From an uncultured Spirochaetota bacterium (GTDB lineage: Bacteria; Spirochaetota; Spirochaetia; SZUA-6; Fen-1364), in contig CAWGAA010000001.1 in NCBI GenBank assembly GCA_963820525.1, forward strand, positions 2,368,001 through 2,432,000: DNA of 64,000 nt, written 5' to 3'. Each line of letters opens with the position of its first letter. Positions within the stretch are counted from its first letter, which is position 1. Made by a program: the position numbers and the translations under genes. Shown here in pieces: positions 9,142 to 19,084 of the stretch. A model generated the notes under the pieces. That model saw nothing but the letters and a program-made list of their open reading frames with translations, searched no databases and had not been told where the DNA came from.

Positions 9142-10008
9142 TCACCCCTTCACGGCGCCCGAGGTGAGCCCTTCCACGAGGCGCCTCTGCACGAAGGAGA
9201 ACATGATGATGGTGGGAACGATCGTGAGGACGGTGGCGGCCGCCACCTGCCCCCAGCGGAGGATGAGGGCGCTTCCCAGCCGCTGAAGGGCCAGGGTCAC
9301 GGTCGCGGTGTGCTGGCTCTGGGAGATGACCGACACGACCAGATAGTCGCCCCAGGAGACCACGAAGGAATAGAACGCCGCGACGGCGATCCCCGGGGCG
9401 GACATGGGAAGCACGACCCGGATGAGGATCTGAAAGAGGTTGCATCCGTCGATGCGCCCCGAGTCCTCGATGTCCTTGGGGAGGTTGTCGAAGTAGCCCT
9501 TCAGCATCCACACGGCGAAGGGAAGCACCAGCATGAGCTGCCCCAGGACCACGCCGAGGATCGTGTTGAAAAGTCCGATGGAAAAAATCACGTTGTAGAT
9601 GGGGATCAGGAGGAGCACCACGGGAAACATCTGGGTGGAGAAGACCCCCATGATGTAGGCGTTTTTCGCGCGAAGCTGGTAGCGGGAAAGCCCATAGGCT
9701 CCCAGGATCGACAAAAGCATTGCGAGCGCCGTCACCAGGAGCCCGATACGGATCGAGTTCCAGAAGTAGATGGGAAAGTCGGTGACGGAGAGGATGATGC
9801 GATAGTTTTCCAGGGTAAAGAGCCGCGAGGGAGTCGCGATCTTCCCGCTGAACAGCGCGTCGGGCGCCCGGAAGGAGCTGTAGATGATCCACAGCATCGG
9901 GCTGATGAAGAAGAACAGCGCCGCTATGCAGACGATGTACGTGGCGGCGATACGCGCCACGTTCCTCTGGCTCTTCGTCAACATACCGTCACCTCTGCTG
10001 CCTTTCAT
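9142..10008 (-). CDS. Carbohydrate ABC transporter permease (MalG-like)
   Basis: EAA-type loop IEDSGRIDGC; C-terminal VQRRLVEGLTSGAVKG. Confidence 0.9.
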   Translation of the reverse strand: MKGSRGDGMLTKSQRNVARIAATYIVCIAALFFFISPMLWIIYSSFRAPDALFSGKIATPSRLFTLENYRIILSVTDFPIYFWNSIRIGLLVTALAMLLSILGAYGLSRYQLRAKNAYIMGVFSTQMFPVVLLLIPIYNVIFSIGLFNTILGVVLGQLMLVLPFAVWMLKGYFDNLPKDIEDSGRIDGCNLFQILIRVVLPMSAPGIAVAAFYSFVVSWGDYLVVSVISQSQHTATVTLALQRLGSALILRWGQVAAATVLTIVPTIIMFSFVQRRLVEGLTSGAVKG

Positions 10009-10864
10009 AGATGCGGATGTACACGAGGAAGTAGATCATGAGCAGAACGAACATCACCGTCCCGATGCTCGACGCATAGCCCACGATGTAGGAGGACCAC
10101 GCCATCTGGTACAGGTACACGGGGAGCACCTCCGTGGCGAAAACCGGCCCGCCTCCCGTGGTCAGGTAGACCATGTCGAAGTTGTTGAAGGTCCACAGCA
10201 CGTGGATCGTCACCATGACGATGACCATGTTGCGCGCTCCGGGCACCGTGACCGCCATGAATCGCCGCCACGGCCCCGCCCCGTCGATCTCCGCGGCCTC
10301 ATAGAGACTCTTGGGGATCGCCTGGATGGCGGCCAGGAGCGCGATGCCGTAGAACGGGACATTGCGCCAGAGGTGCAGGAGGATGATGAAGGGAAAGGCG
10401 AAGGTGATGTCGCCGAACCAGTACCTGTTGGCATTGATGCCGAAGAGCTTCAGCACGATGTTGACGTATCCATAGCCGGGCTCGGTCATGAACTGGAACA
10501 TCACCGCCGTGGCCGCCACCGGGATCACCCAGCTCGCCATGACGACGCTTCTGAAAAGGCGGATAAAGGGGATTTCCTGCTTGAGGGCGAGCGCCAGGAT
10601 GAAGCCGAAGACAAGCTGGAGGATCACCGCCGCGGCGGTCAGGACCAGGGAGTGCCACAGAGACTCCCAGAACACGGGGTCCGCCGCGAGCTGCCGGTAG
10701 TTGGCGAGGCCCGTGTAGAGAAAGCCCTTGGCGAGGAGGTTGGAGTTCGTGAAGGACAGTCGGATCCCCTCGAAAAGGGGAAGCACCGAAAAGAGGGCCA
10801 TGATGAGAAGGGTCGGAAGGATGAGAGGGAGCGCGCTGTTCTCTCGCACGAATCGCGGTCTCAC
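9989..10864 (-). CDS. Carbohydrate ABC transporter permease (MalF-like)
   Basis: LYEAAEIDGAG.WRRF..VTVP and TGGGP motifs; GTG start. Confidence 0.9.
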   Translation of the reverse strand: MRPRFVRENSALPLILPTLLIMALFSVLPLFEGIRLSFTNSNLLAKGFLYTGLANYRQLAADPVFWESLWHSLVLTAAAVILQLVFGFILALALKQEIPFIRLFRSVVMASWVIPVAATAVMFQFMTEPGYGYVNIVLKLFGINANRYWFGDITFAFPFIILLHLWRNVPFYGIALLAAIQAIPKSLYEAAEIDGAGPWRRFMAVTVPGARNMVIVMVTIHVLWTFNNFDMVYLTTGGGPVFATEVLPVYLYQMAWSSYIVGYASSIGTVMFVLLMIYFLVYIRIYERQQR

Positions 10865-11001
10865 GAATACCCTCTGGAGCGAACCTTAAACCTTTTACCC
10901 GGGTGGGGCAAGATCATCATCGGTTGATGAAGAGAAATCGGCCGGCTCCCTTCGGCGCCTCAGCGCGGGAGAGAGCCGGCCAGTACGGGAAACTCGAGGG
11001 C

Positions 11002-12321
11002 TTAGATCTGGCCGCTCTGCATCAGGCCCTGGATCGTGTCGAACAAATATTGGGCCGCGTCATGAGGCGACTTCTGATCGTAGATCACGTAGTCGACGGC
11101 CCGCATCTCGGCGTCCGATACGGGACCCCAGTTGACAGGCTCCTGAGCATGCGCATGCGGCAGCAGGGCGGCGAACATCTTGATCCAGTTGCCCAGAGGG
11201 CCCTGGAAGGCGGGGAGATCCAGCGAGTCCCGCCGGGCGGGGATTCCGCCCGAGCTGGAGTCCCATCCCGCCATCTCCTCCTTGGACGTGATGAACTGGA
11301 TGAGCTTCCACGCCGCGTCCTTGTCCTTGGCAAAGTGGTTCATCATGATCGGCTTCACCTCGAGGTATGTGGAAGCCGCCATGCCGGCGGGGTACGGAAG
11401 CGTGGTGACGATGGAAGTGTCCAGGATGTCGCCCGCCGTCTGGTCGCCTGAACGCCTGCCCCACAGCCACGGTCCCTCGGGGGCCATGGCCCACTTGCCC
11501 GAGGTGTATCCCGGATCCTCGCTGGGCCAGCCGTTTCCGCGCTCATCGGGGCTCACGGCGGGGAAGTCGCCGGAGAAGGCCTTGTCATAGAGGGTGAAGA
11601 TCTTCTCGAACTGATCCACCGTCGCATTGAAGGTCTTCTTTCCGCCGGACACGGTGAACATGGGCTTTCCGCCGCTCACCTGGAAGTACCACGAGATGAA
11701 CTCCTGGGGAGCGCGGGGATCCCCCACCTTGGAGCAGAGGAACAACCCCCACATCTGCTTGTTGCTCGCCTTGGTAATGGCCTGGGCCGTGGTGATGAGA
11801 TCGTCCCAGGTCTTGGGCACCGGGAGATTGTACTGCGCCAGCACGTCCTTCCTGTAGATGAGCCCGCGCGCGTTGGTGTTGTAGGGGATGCCGTAGAGGT
11901 GGCCGTTGATGGTCAGCGGCGCGAGAGTGGCGGGGACGAACTGGTCCTTTTCACTCCAGGCGTTGAAGTAGCTGTCCAGCGGCTCGATGACTCCCTTGTC
12001 CACGTACACGGCCGTGTCCTCCAGCAGCCCCTCCACGACATCGGGGGCGCCGCTTGCGGCCTGGACGAGATAGGTCGTTCGAAGCTTTCCATAGTCTCCA
12101 GGCCCGAAGAAGTCGGCCACCGCGTACTGCGGCAGTGCAGTTTTCACGTTGGCCACCCATGCCTTGACGTAATCGGGGGACACTTCCTGGGTGACGAAGG
12201 GCATGTTCCAGAAGGAAAGCGCCTTTCCCTTTTCCTTCCCGCCGGCTGCAAACAGCGTCGCGACGCTCACAACCATGACCGCCACGACGATCAGAAGCAC
12301 GATTAACCGCTTACTCCACAT
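11002..12321 (-). CDS. Sugar ABC transporter solute-binding protein
   Basis: Signal peptide ending FAAGGKE; LYGIPY, PKTWDDL and AAWKLIQF family-1 SBP motifs; upstream of two permeases. Confidence 0.88.
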   Translation of the reverse strand: MWSKRLIVLLIVVAVMVVSVATLFAAGGKEKGKALSFWNMPFVTQEVSPDYVKAWVANVKTALPQYAVADFFGPGDYGKLRTTYLVQAASGAPDVVEGLLEDTAVYVDKGVIEPLDSYFNAWSEKDQFVPATLAPLTINGHLYGIPYNTNARGLIYRKDVLAQYNLPVPKTWDDLITTAQAITKASNKQMWGLFLCSKVGDPRAPQEFISWYFQVSGGKPMFTVSGGKKTFNATVDQFEKIFTLYDKAFSGDFPAVSPDERGNGWPSEDPGYTSGKWAMAPEGPWLWGRRSGDQTAGDILDTSIVTTLPYPAGMAASTYLEVKPIMMNHFAKDKDAAWKLIQFITSKEEMAGWDSSSGGIPARRDSLDLPAFQGPLGNWIKMFAALLPHAHAQEPVNWGPVSDAEMRAVDYVIYDQKSPHDAAQYLFDTIQGLMQSGQI

Positions 12322-12403
12322 GCTTTTTCACTCCTTTTCCGAAAAAAACTCTCTGGTGAGAGACTTCGGGGCCAGAAGGCTCGCGGCACCCCCGAGCCTT
12401 CCC

Positions 12404-12715
12404 TCAAGACTGCTCTCCGGCACCTCCTTCCGCCGACAAAATCGGCCTGGTTTGGGCGCGTCTTTTCAGCGGGATTGATGCGCGCGTCATACTTTCGAGT
12501 TTCCTTTTAAAAAAGTACTCAAGCGGCGCCCTCAGGGGCAACATTGTCCTCTGGAATACGGTCCAACTGGAGGAGGTCTCCAGGCGCGCCACCGCCCTAG
12601 CTGCCTGCGCAGAGGATGAAGCCTGATCCCTGGCTGCATGCTCACGTGTACCTCCACCGAACAGCAGGGGAACGGCCAGGAGCGGGGCGGCAATGAAGAG
12701 AGCTTGAAACTTCAT
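12404..12715 (-). CDS. Small hypothetical exported protein or gene remnant
   Basis: Signal-peptide-like start MKFQALFIAAPLLAVPLLFGGGTRE; remainder unrecognisable and lower in GC. Confidence 0.3.
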   Translation of the reverse strand: MKFQALFIAAPLLAVPLLFGGGTREHAARDQASSSAQAARAVARLETSSSWTVFQRTMLPLRAPLEYFFKRKLESMTRASIPLKRRAQTRPILSAEGGAGEQS

Positions 12716-13049
12716 TCCCGTTAGTATCCGAATAGCCTTATTATTGCATGAACCGAGCCAACCGGGGGCAGCGGAGAAGAAAGCCCTTCATTTTGATATC
12801 TCATAAGAAATAAAAGAGTTTTTTCTGCTCCGGGCATTGCGCTCCATCCCAGCCGCGGAACGCCGCCTTTACTCGAATTGGGTAAACGTGAGTAGGAGTG
12901 GGAAGCCTTGTAAATAGTCTTTCTGCTCATCCCGAGCTCGCGTGAGGCACGGGAGGCTCTACCCTCGGCCGTCACTTGCCGGCATCCGTTAGCCACCGAG
13001 AAAGCGCTCTGCCTTGACATCTCCGCCCCGTATCTCCCATACATGAGGG

Positions 13050-13814
13050 ATGGCATGCTCGTGGCGGCGGGGCGTCAGACAGCGTCCCCTGGTGATCGGT
13101 CATCGGGGCTATAAGGCACGCTACCCGGAAAACACGCTCCTTTCCTTCCGCGAGGCCTTCGCCGCGGGCGCCGACGGGGTGGAGTGCGATGTTCAGAAAA
13201 CGGGGGACGGCCGGTACGCGATCATCCATGACGCCACGTTGGGCAGGGTCGCGGGCAGCGGGCTCGCCGTGGGCGAGTCGAGTCTCCGCCGGCTCAAGGA
13301 GCTCGACGTCGGCCGAGTGGAGAAGATCCCCGAGCTTGCCGAGCTCCTGGAGGCGATCCCGCCGGCCCGGCTTCTGGATCTGGAGCTGAAGACCGACACG
13401 CTTTCGGTCCGGGATTGCCGGCGCATCCGCGGCATCCTTTCAGCGGCAATCGCGCCGCGTCGGGTCATGATCTCTTCGTTCGAGCCGCGGCTCCTTTTCC
13501 CCTTCCGCCGCTCGGGCTTCACGGTTGGCCTTCTCATTGGAAGCCAAACGGCATCCCACGGCGCGGCGCGGCTTGCGCTCCTTCTGGGGCGGCTTCGTCC
13601 ATCGTTTCTCAACGTGCCCCTTCAGGCCGTCGACATCCTGGGAAAGCGCACGGCCCGCTTGCTCGCCTTTGCGCTGCGCATTGCGGGAATCTCCCTCCTG
13701 CTCTGGACGGTGAATGGAGAACGGGAGATCGAAAAGTCCCGGGGGCTCGCCTGCGCCCTGGTGACGGATGATCTTGCGGGCACCCTCGCGTCTATCGCTC
13801 AGTGGGTGAAGTGA
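13050..13814 (+). CDS. Glycerophosphodiester phosphodiesterase (UgpQ/GlpQ-like)
   Basis: IGHRG, PENTL, GVECDVQ.T.DG, HD.TL.R, ELK, SSF and WTVN motifs. Confidence 0.9.
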   Translation: MACSWRRGVRQRPLVIGHRGYKARYPENTLLSFREAFAAGADGVECDVQKTGDGRYAIIHDATLGRVAGSGLAVGESSLRRLKELDVGRVEKIPELAELLEAIPPARLLDLELKTDTLSVRDCRRIRGILSAAIAPRRVMISSFEPRLLFPFRRSGFTVGLLIGSQTASHGAARLALLLGRLRPSFLNVPLQAVDILGKRTARLLAFALRIAGISLLLWTVNGEREIEKSRGLACALVTDDLAGTLASIAQWVK

Positions 13815-13827
13815 GTATCTTTACTCC

Positions 13828-14235
13828 ATGAAGACTCAATCCATCACGGTATCCGCCACCATCCCCGCTCCACCGAAACGCGTATACGAGGCCTGGATGA
13901 GCGGCAAGGAGCATGGGGCCATGACAGGGGGACAGGCAAAGGTCACGGCCCGGGTTGGCGGCAAGTTCAGCGCCTGGGACGGATATATCGAGGGCAAGAC
14001 CCTTGAGCTCGAGCCGAACAAGAAAATCGTGCAGGCATGGCGCACGAGCGAGTTCCCGCAGGATGCCCCCGACTCCCGCCTGGAGATAACATTGAAGCGG
14101 GAGAAGTCCGGCACCCGCATCACCCTCAGGCATACCGAGATCCCCAGCGGACAGGCCGCCGGCTACAAGAAGGGCTGGATCGATTTCTACTTCAAGCCGA
14201 TGAAGGATTACTTCAAGACCGCGTCCGGCAAATAG
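13828..14235 (+). CDS. SRPBCC/AHSA1 (START-like) domain protein
   Basis: VYEAW, GGKFSAWDGYI.G, KIVQAWR, TRITL.H and GW..FY motifs. Confidence 0.85.
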   Translation: MKTQSITVSATIPAPPKRVYEAWMSGKEHGAMTGGQAKVTARVGGKFSAWDGYIEGKTLELEPNKKIVQAWRTSEFPQDAPDSRLEITLKREKSGTRITLRHTEIPSGQAAGYKKGWIDFYFKPMKDYFKTASGK

Positions 14236-14329
14236 TCGTGCTGGAGCAAAGGCCGGCCAGCCGCGCGAGGAACGCGCGCGCACCGGCCCTTGCTCCGACG
14301 CAGGGAAGAGGCGGCTCCGGCGGCGCCTC

Positions 14330-15067
14330 TCATCCCAGCTTCCTGCTAAAGAAAGTTACCATCTGACGGTAGGCGTCCTCCGCCATGTCGCTCCTCGCGA
14401 GCTGGCCGTTCTGCACCATGAAGCCGTGGGGAAGCCCCTGATAGACCTTGAGCTCGAAGTACTTGCCCGCCTTCTGCAAGGCTTGGGCGTACTGGAATGT
14501 GTTGGCGATCGGGCTCGCCTGGTCGGCGCTTCCATGGATCATGAGCAGGGGACTGTTCAGTGAATCGATCTCGTCGGCAGGCTTCACGGGCTGTGCCGCT
14601 GTGCCGCCATTATAGGGGAAGCCGTACCATGCGACCGCGGCCTTGAAATCCATGATCTGGGGAAGCAGAAGCTCCGTGTACCTCCCGCCCGCACAGAAAC
14701 CGGTGAGACCGAGCCTCTGGGGATCCACGTCGGCTCTTGCCTTCAAGAACGCCATCGCATCCCTGACAAGCTGGCCCACGACAGCATCGGATGGGCTCTT
14801 ATCGAAGGTCTGCCACCCGACTGCCAGGACGACAAACCCGTCGGACGCCATGCGGTCCACCATATCCTTGTATCCCTGCTCAAGGCCGTTGAAGGAATGG
14901 ACGAGGACGATTCCCGGCTTCATGCCCGCCGTCTGCGGAGCCGACAGGTACGATGCATAAGCCTTTCCGCCGCTTACCACATTCACGGCGGATCCCATGT
15001 TCTGGGCCATCGCGGGCACGGCGGCAAGAATCAGGAGATATATGACAGGGAAACTGCGTGTTTTCAC
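14330..15067 (-). CDS. Exported dienelactone hydrolase family protein
   Basis: GFCAGG nucleophile motif, HG..D and HGF; signal peptide; GTG start. Confidence 0.88.
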   Translation of the reverse strand: MKTRSFPVIYLLILAAVPAMAQNMGSAVNVVSGGKAYASYLSAPQTAGMKPGIVLVHSFNGLEQGYKDMVDRMASDGFVVLAVGWQTFDKSPSDAVVGQLVRDAMAFLKARADVDPQRLGLTGFCAGGRYTELLLPQIMDFKAAVAWYGFPYNGGTAAQPVKPADEIDSLNSPLLMIHGSADQASPIANTFQYAQALQKAGKYFELKVYQGLPHGFMVQNGQLARSDMAEDAYRQMVTFFSRKLG

Positions 15068-15156
15068 AAAAACCTCCTCCGGAGCGTTCCACGCGGGGGC
15101 GCCGGAACGTTCCGATAGGAGGAATATACTAAGCCGTCACACGAGAGTGAGATCCC

Positions 15157-16752
15157 CTATGCGCGGGGCAGGCGAACCTCGAAGACCGCGCCGCCGGACT
15201 TTCCGTTCGACGCCTCCACGGTTCCCCCGCAGCCATCGACAATCGCCTTCACGATGGCAAGCCCGAGGCCCGAATGAAGCCTTCCCGGGTTTCCCTGCGG
15301 CCTGAAAGTAAAAAACCGCTCGAATATCTTCGAGATGTGCTCGTCGGGAATCCCCAGCCCCTGGTCTGATACGCGGATGCAGACCTCATCGCCGTCATTT
15401 TCAATATCGATGCGCACGCAGCCGCCCTCTGGAGAAAAACCGACGGCGTTGTCCACGAGGTTTTCCAATACCTCGAGGAGCCTCTCCGGCGGGACCGCGA
15501 CCTGCTCGCAGTCCCCACTCACCAGGAGCTTCACGCTGTGCGCCACACGGCGGCGCCGCATCCCCTCGATCATGCCCTCCGCGATCGCCTTTGGATCTAC
15601 CGGCCGGGCCTCCACGCCGTGCGTTTCCGAATCCAGCCGTGAAAGCTCACGCACTGCCGAGAGCATCCGTTCCATCCTGCTCACGTCTTCCAGAACGAAA
15701 GAAACAAGGTCCTCGCGGCGGTGCTCGTCCTGCTCGCGAGAGAGCAGCTCGGAGGCCGAGCGGATTGAGGCAAGAGGATTCTTGAACTCATGAGAGATGT
15801 CGGAAGCGAACGACTCGGCCAGCCGGATCTGCCTCTCTATGCTCAGCGTGAGCTCGCCGAAGCGGCGCGACAGGTCGCCTATCTCGTCCCGGCGGCGCGT
15901 CGGTGGAAGCCGCCCGCGGAGCCTCCCGCTCTTGTCCAGGATGAGTCCGGCCTGGGCACGAAGGCGGCGCAGGGGGACTGTGATCGTTGCCGAAACCAGG
16001 AGGCTCAAGACCGCCGCGGTGCCGACGGAGTAGAGAAAAAGGGTGAAGATATCGAGGCGCAGGGCATAGAGGTCTGAGAGGATGCGGTAGGTGGACTGGG
16101 AGACCAGAACGGCTCCCACCACTCCTCTCTTGCCCGTTACCGGGATGGCGCTGTACAGGGTCACGGATCGCTGCCCTGCGGCGGATACGCGCGTGGCGGC
16201 CCCATAGCGGCCGTCAAGGGCTGCCTGGATCTCGGGCCCCGAAAGAACGCGGGCGCCTGAATAGAAATCCGCGGATTCCAGCGGGGGCTGGGGCGGGCGA
16301 AAGAGCTTCCGGTATGCCTTGATGGGAAACAAAGCAAGACGATAGAGGAGTGTCTCGCGCGTGTCCCGGCCGCGTTCGATGCCGGCGGACCCGGCTTCGC
16401 CCACAGCCTCGTCCTGCCCCATCGGTTGCGCTGCCCTAGGCGAAGAGGCGCGGCTGGAATCAGCCAGAAGCGCCCCCCGAATGTCCACGACCCTGATGCG
16501 CGCCTCCTGCCGCTGCCGCATGGCGTCCAGGATGCGCCGTGAGTTCGGTCCCAGCTCTCCGGGAGCCGAGCCGTCCAATGCGGCCGCGAGAACCCTTCCC
16601 TGTTGAACCAGGGCATGCTCCAGATCTTGGAGAAGCTGCCGCTCGTAGGTGCCCAAGGAGAGAATTCCGGCAATGGGAAGGAACGCTATGAGAAAGTTGA
16701 AGGCGAAGATGCGCACAGAAATGCGTGAGGCGAATGCCAGGAGCTTCTTCAC
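15157..16752 (-). CDS. Membrane sensor histidine kinase, ChvG/CreC-like
   Basis: Two TM segments, HAMP (RRDEIGDLS), H-box FASDISHEFKNPLASIRSA, and N/G1/F/G2 boxes. Confidence 0.9.
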   Translation of the reverse strand: MKKLLAFASRISVRIFAFNFLIAFLPIAGILSLGTYERQLLQDLEHALVQQGRVLAAALDGSAPGELGPNSRRILDAMRQRQEARIRVVDIRGALLADSSRASSPRAAQPMGQDEAVGEAGSAGIERGRDTRETLLYRLALFPIKAYRKLFRPPQPPLESADFYSGARVLSGPEIQAALDGRYGAATRVSAAGQRSVTLYSAIPVTGKRGVVGAVLVSQSTYRILSDLYALRLDIFTLFLYSVGTAAVLSLLVSATITVPLRRLRAQAGLILDKSGRLRGRLPPTRRRDEIGDLSRRFGELTLSIERQIRLAESFASDISHEFKNPLASIRSASELLSREQDEHRREDLVSFVLEDVSRMERMLSAVRELSRLDSETHGVEARPVDPKAIAEGMIEGMRRRRVAHSVKLLVSGDCEQVAVPPERLLEVLENLVDNAVGFSPEGGCVRIDIENDGDEVCIRVSDQGLGIPDEHISKIFERFFTFRPQGNPGRLHSGLGLAIVKAIVDGCGGTVEASNGKSGGAVFEVRLPRA

Positions 16753-16755
16753 GGC

Positions 16756-17466
16756 TCACTCGCGCCAGCGGTAGCCCAGCCCGTAGATCGTCTCGATCCC
16801 ATCAAAGGCCGGGTCCACGTCGCACAGCTTCCGCCGTATCCGCTTGATGTGGCAGTCCACCGTCCTGTCGCTCATGTACGCGTCTTGGGGGAACGCCGCG
16901 GAGAGCAGATCTTCACGCGAACGTACGAAGCCGGGCTGTCGGGCGAGAGCGGAAAGGATTCGAAACTCGGTCACCGTAAGCCTCACAGGCTTGTCGTTCC
17001 ACGCGGCGGAGAACCGGTCCGCGTCCATAACGAGATGCCCGGAAGAAATCCCTTCGCCCAAGCCCGGCTCCCGCCCCTCCACGGCGATGCCGGCCCTACG
17101 GAAGAGGACCCGCACGCGCGCAACCAGCTCCCGCAGGGAAAAGGGCTTGCAGAGGTAGTCGTCGGCGCCCAGCTCCAGCCCCAGCACCCGGTCGAACTCC
17201 TCGTCGCGGGACGTGAGAAAGATGACGGGGACCTTCTCGGATACGGAGCGTATCCTGCGGCACAGCTCCAGGCCGTCCATGCGCGGCATGACGATATCGA
17301 GGATCACGAGGTCGGGAAGGTCCTTCTCGAGCTCTTGCCATGCCGAAAGGCCGTCGGGGTAGCAGCGCGCCGCGAAGCCCTCTTCGCCGAGGGCTTGGGA
17401 CAGAGTGGCCCGGAGATGATCCTCGTCGTCGACGATCGCGATGAGCGGTTGGCGGAGGCTGGGCAT
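16756..17466 (-). CDS. OmpR-family response regulator, ChvI-like
   Basis: REC domain plus winged helix LTVTEFRIL.AL...PG.V.SRE.L...DRTVD.HIKRIR.K...D..FD.IETIYG.GYR, close to the ChvI C-terminus. Confidence 0.9.
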   Translation of the reverse strand: MPSLRQPLIAIVDDEDHLRATLSQALGEEGFAARCYPDGLSAWQELEKDLPDLVILDIVMPRMDGLELCRRIRSVSEKVPVIFLTSRDEEFDRVLGLELGADDYLCKPFSLRELVARVRVLFRRAGIAVEGREPGLGEGISSGHLVMDADRFSAAWNDKPVRLTVTEFRILSALARQPGFVRSREDLLSAAFPQDAYMSDRTVDCHIKRIRRKLCDVDPAFDGIETIYGLGYRWRE

Positions 17467-17507
17467 CGATTCTCATTCTACCACGCCGGGCAGCTGGATG
17501 CTAATCC

Positions 17508-17560
17508 TTGCCATGCCTGTCGCCCAATGACTGCAACATTCCCGCCACAATCTTGCCCAA
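17508..17560. promoter_or_regulatory. 11-bp-periodic GCC direct repeats, candidate response-regulator binding site
   Basis: GCC/GCA cores at 17522, 17533, 17544 and 17555 (also 17510) in the divergent intergenic region. Confidence 0.5.
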
Positions 17561-17641
17561 GAGAAACCACGAGGATGGCGGGATTCAGCCACGGTGGCCC
17601 GATACCCTTCACTTCAGAATCCGATCGAAAAGGAGAGAAGA

Positions 17642-19042
17642 ATGGATGCAACGACAAAGCTGTCGACCCACGTCAAAAGGAACCCCGCCATCGTGAAGAT
17701 CGTGATCATCGCCGCCCTTGTTCTGCTCCTCCTCATCCCGCTGGCCATGATCCGTTCTCTTGTGGACGAGAGGCAGGGCGTGCACAGGGAAGCGGAAGCG
17801 GAAATACTCAAGAGCTGGGGAGGGGGCGAGACCATCGGGGGCCCGGTCCTCACGGTCCCGTACCTGGAATACTCCCTGGACGCCAAGGGCAAGCGCCTGG
17901 AGACCGTGAGGTACGCCCGCTTCCTGCCCGACAGGCTGTCATTCGACGGTGAGGCTCTGCCGGAGGTCCGCTCGCGCGGGATCTACGACGTCGCGGTCTA
18001 CACGGCGCGGATTCACGCAAGCGGGACCTTCCGCCGTCCGTCCTTCGGGGGATGGCGGATTGCACAGGAGGCGATTCTCTGGAACGCCGCGTTTCTCTCG
18101 GTTGAGCTTCCTGACATGCGAGCAGTGCAGGAGCGAGTCACCCTGACGTGGGGCGCCCGGAAGAACCCCTTCGAGACATCGACGGCGAGCCTGGGGCTGT
18201 TCGTCGGTGAGCTTCGCGCGGCCGCGACCGATCTCGCCCTCACCCAGCCGGGGGAGCGCATCACGTTCTCCTTCGATCTCGTTCTCAGGGGCGGCGATAC
18301 CCTGGAGTTCCTGCCGCTGGGAGAGGAAACCACTGTGAGCTTGCGGTCCTCCTGGAAGAGCCCCAGCTTCAACGGCGCGTTCCTCCCCGTAAGCCGCTCG
18401 CTCTCGGACTCCGGCTTCGAGGCGACGTGGAAGGTCCTCTCCATGGCGCGGATCTATCCCCAGCGATGGCTCCCCGAACAGATCGAGCCCCAGAGCATCC
18501 ACTCCTCGGCTTTCGGGGTAAGCCTCATGACGCCCGTCGACTCTTATATGAAGGTGACCCGGGCGACGAAATACGGCATACTTTTTCTGCTCCTCCCGTT
18601 TCTTACCCTCTTCTTTTTCGAGATTTTCGCCGTCCGGAGAATCCACCCCCTGCAGTACCTGTTCGTGGGGTTCGCAGAATGCATCTTCTACCTCCTGCTC
18701 CTGTCCCTCTGCGAGCACATCCCCTTCCTGGCCGCCTACATCGCCGCCGCCGCGGCCTCCATCGGCCTCATTGCCTCCTACACCTTCGCCATTTCATCGC
18801 GGTGGAAGGGGAGCTTCCTGATCCTTCCCGTTCTTATCACCGCGTACGCATTCCTCTATCTGGTTCTCCGCTCCGAGGACTACGCTCTCCTCGTCGGATC
18901 TCTGGGGCTGTTCATCATCCTTTCGGCCGTCATGGCGCTGACCCGCAAGATCGACTGGTATTCGATCGGGCTTCCCAGAACCGCGCCGGAAGCGAAGGGG
19001 CGGGGTGATGGGGTGGAGGGAGGCGGAGGTGAAAAAAGTTGA
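17642..19042 (+). CDS. creD: Cell-envelope integrity inner-membrane protein CreD
   Basis: LLLIPL.MI..LV.ER, GPVL.VPY, RGIY.V.VY, SPSF.G.FLP, R..KYG.LF, IHP.QY..VG, LLLSL.EH and EDYALL.GS motifs. Confidence 0.92.
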   Translation: MDATTKLSTHVKRNPAIVKIVIIAALVLLLLIPLAMIRSLVDERQGVHREAEAEILKSWGGGETIGGPVLTVPYLEYSLDAKGKRLETVRYARFLPDRLSFDGEALPEVRSRGIYDVAVYTARIHASGTFRRPSFGGWRIAQEAILWNAAFLSVELPDMRAVQERVTLTWGARKNPFETSTASLGLFVGELRAAATDLALTQPGERITFSFDLVLRGGDTLEFLPLGEETTVSLRSSWKSPSFNGAFLPVSRSLSDSGFEATWKVLSMARIYPQRWLPEQIEPQSIHSSAFGVSLMTPVDSYMKVTRATKYGILFLLLPFLTLFFFEIFAVRRIHPLQYLFVGFAECIFYLLLLSLCEHIPFLAAYIAAAAASIGLIASYTFAISSRWKGSFLILPVLITAYAFLYLVLRSEDYALLVGSLGLFIILSAVMALTRKIDWYSIGLPRTAPEAKGRGDGVEGGGGEKS

Positions 19043-19049
19043 TTCCAGA

Positions 19050-19078
19050 TTGACAAAAAAATCCCTTGGGGAAACAGT
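19050..19078 (+). promoter_or_regulatory. Candidate sigma70 promoter of the radical SAM operon, possibly leaderless
   Basis: Perfect TTGACA, 17-bp spacer, weak -10 AACAGT, then ATG 6 nt later with no SD. Confidence 0.45.
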
Positions 19079-19084
19079 GATGCG

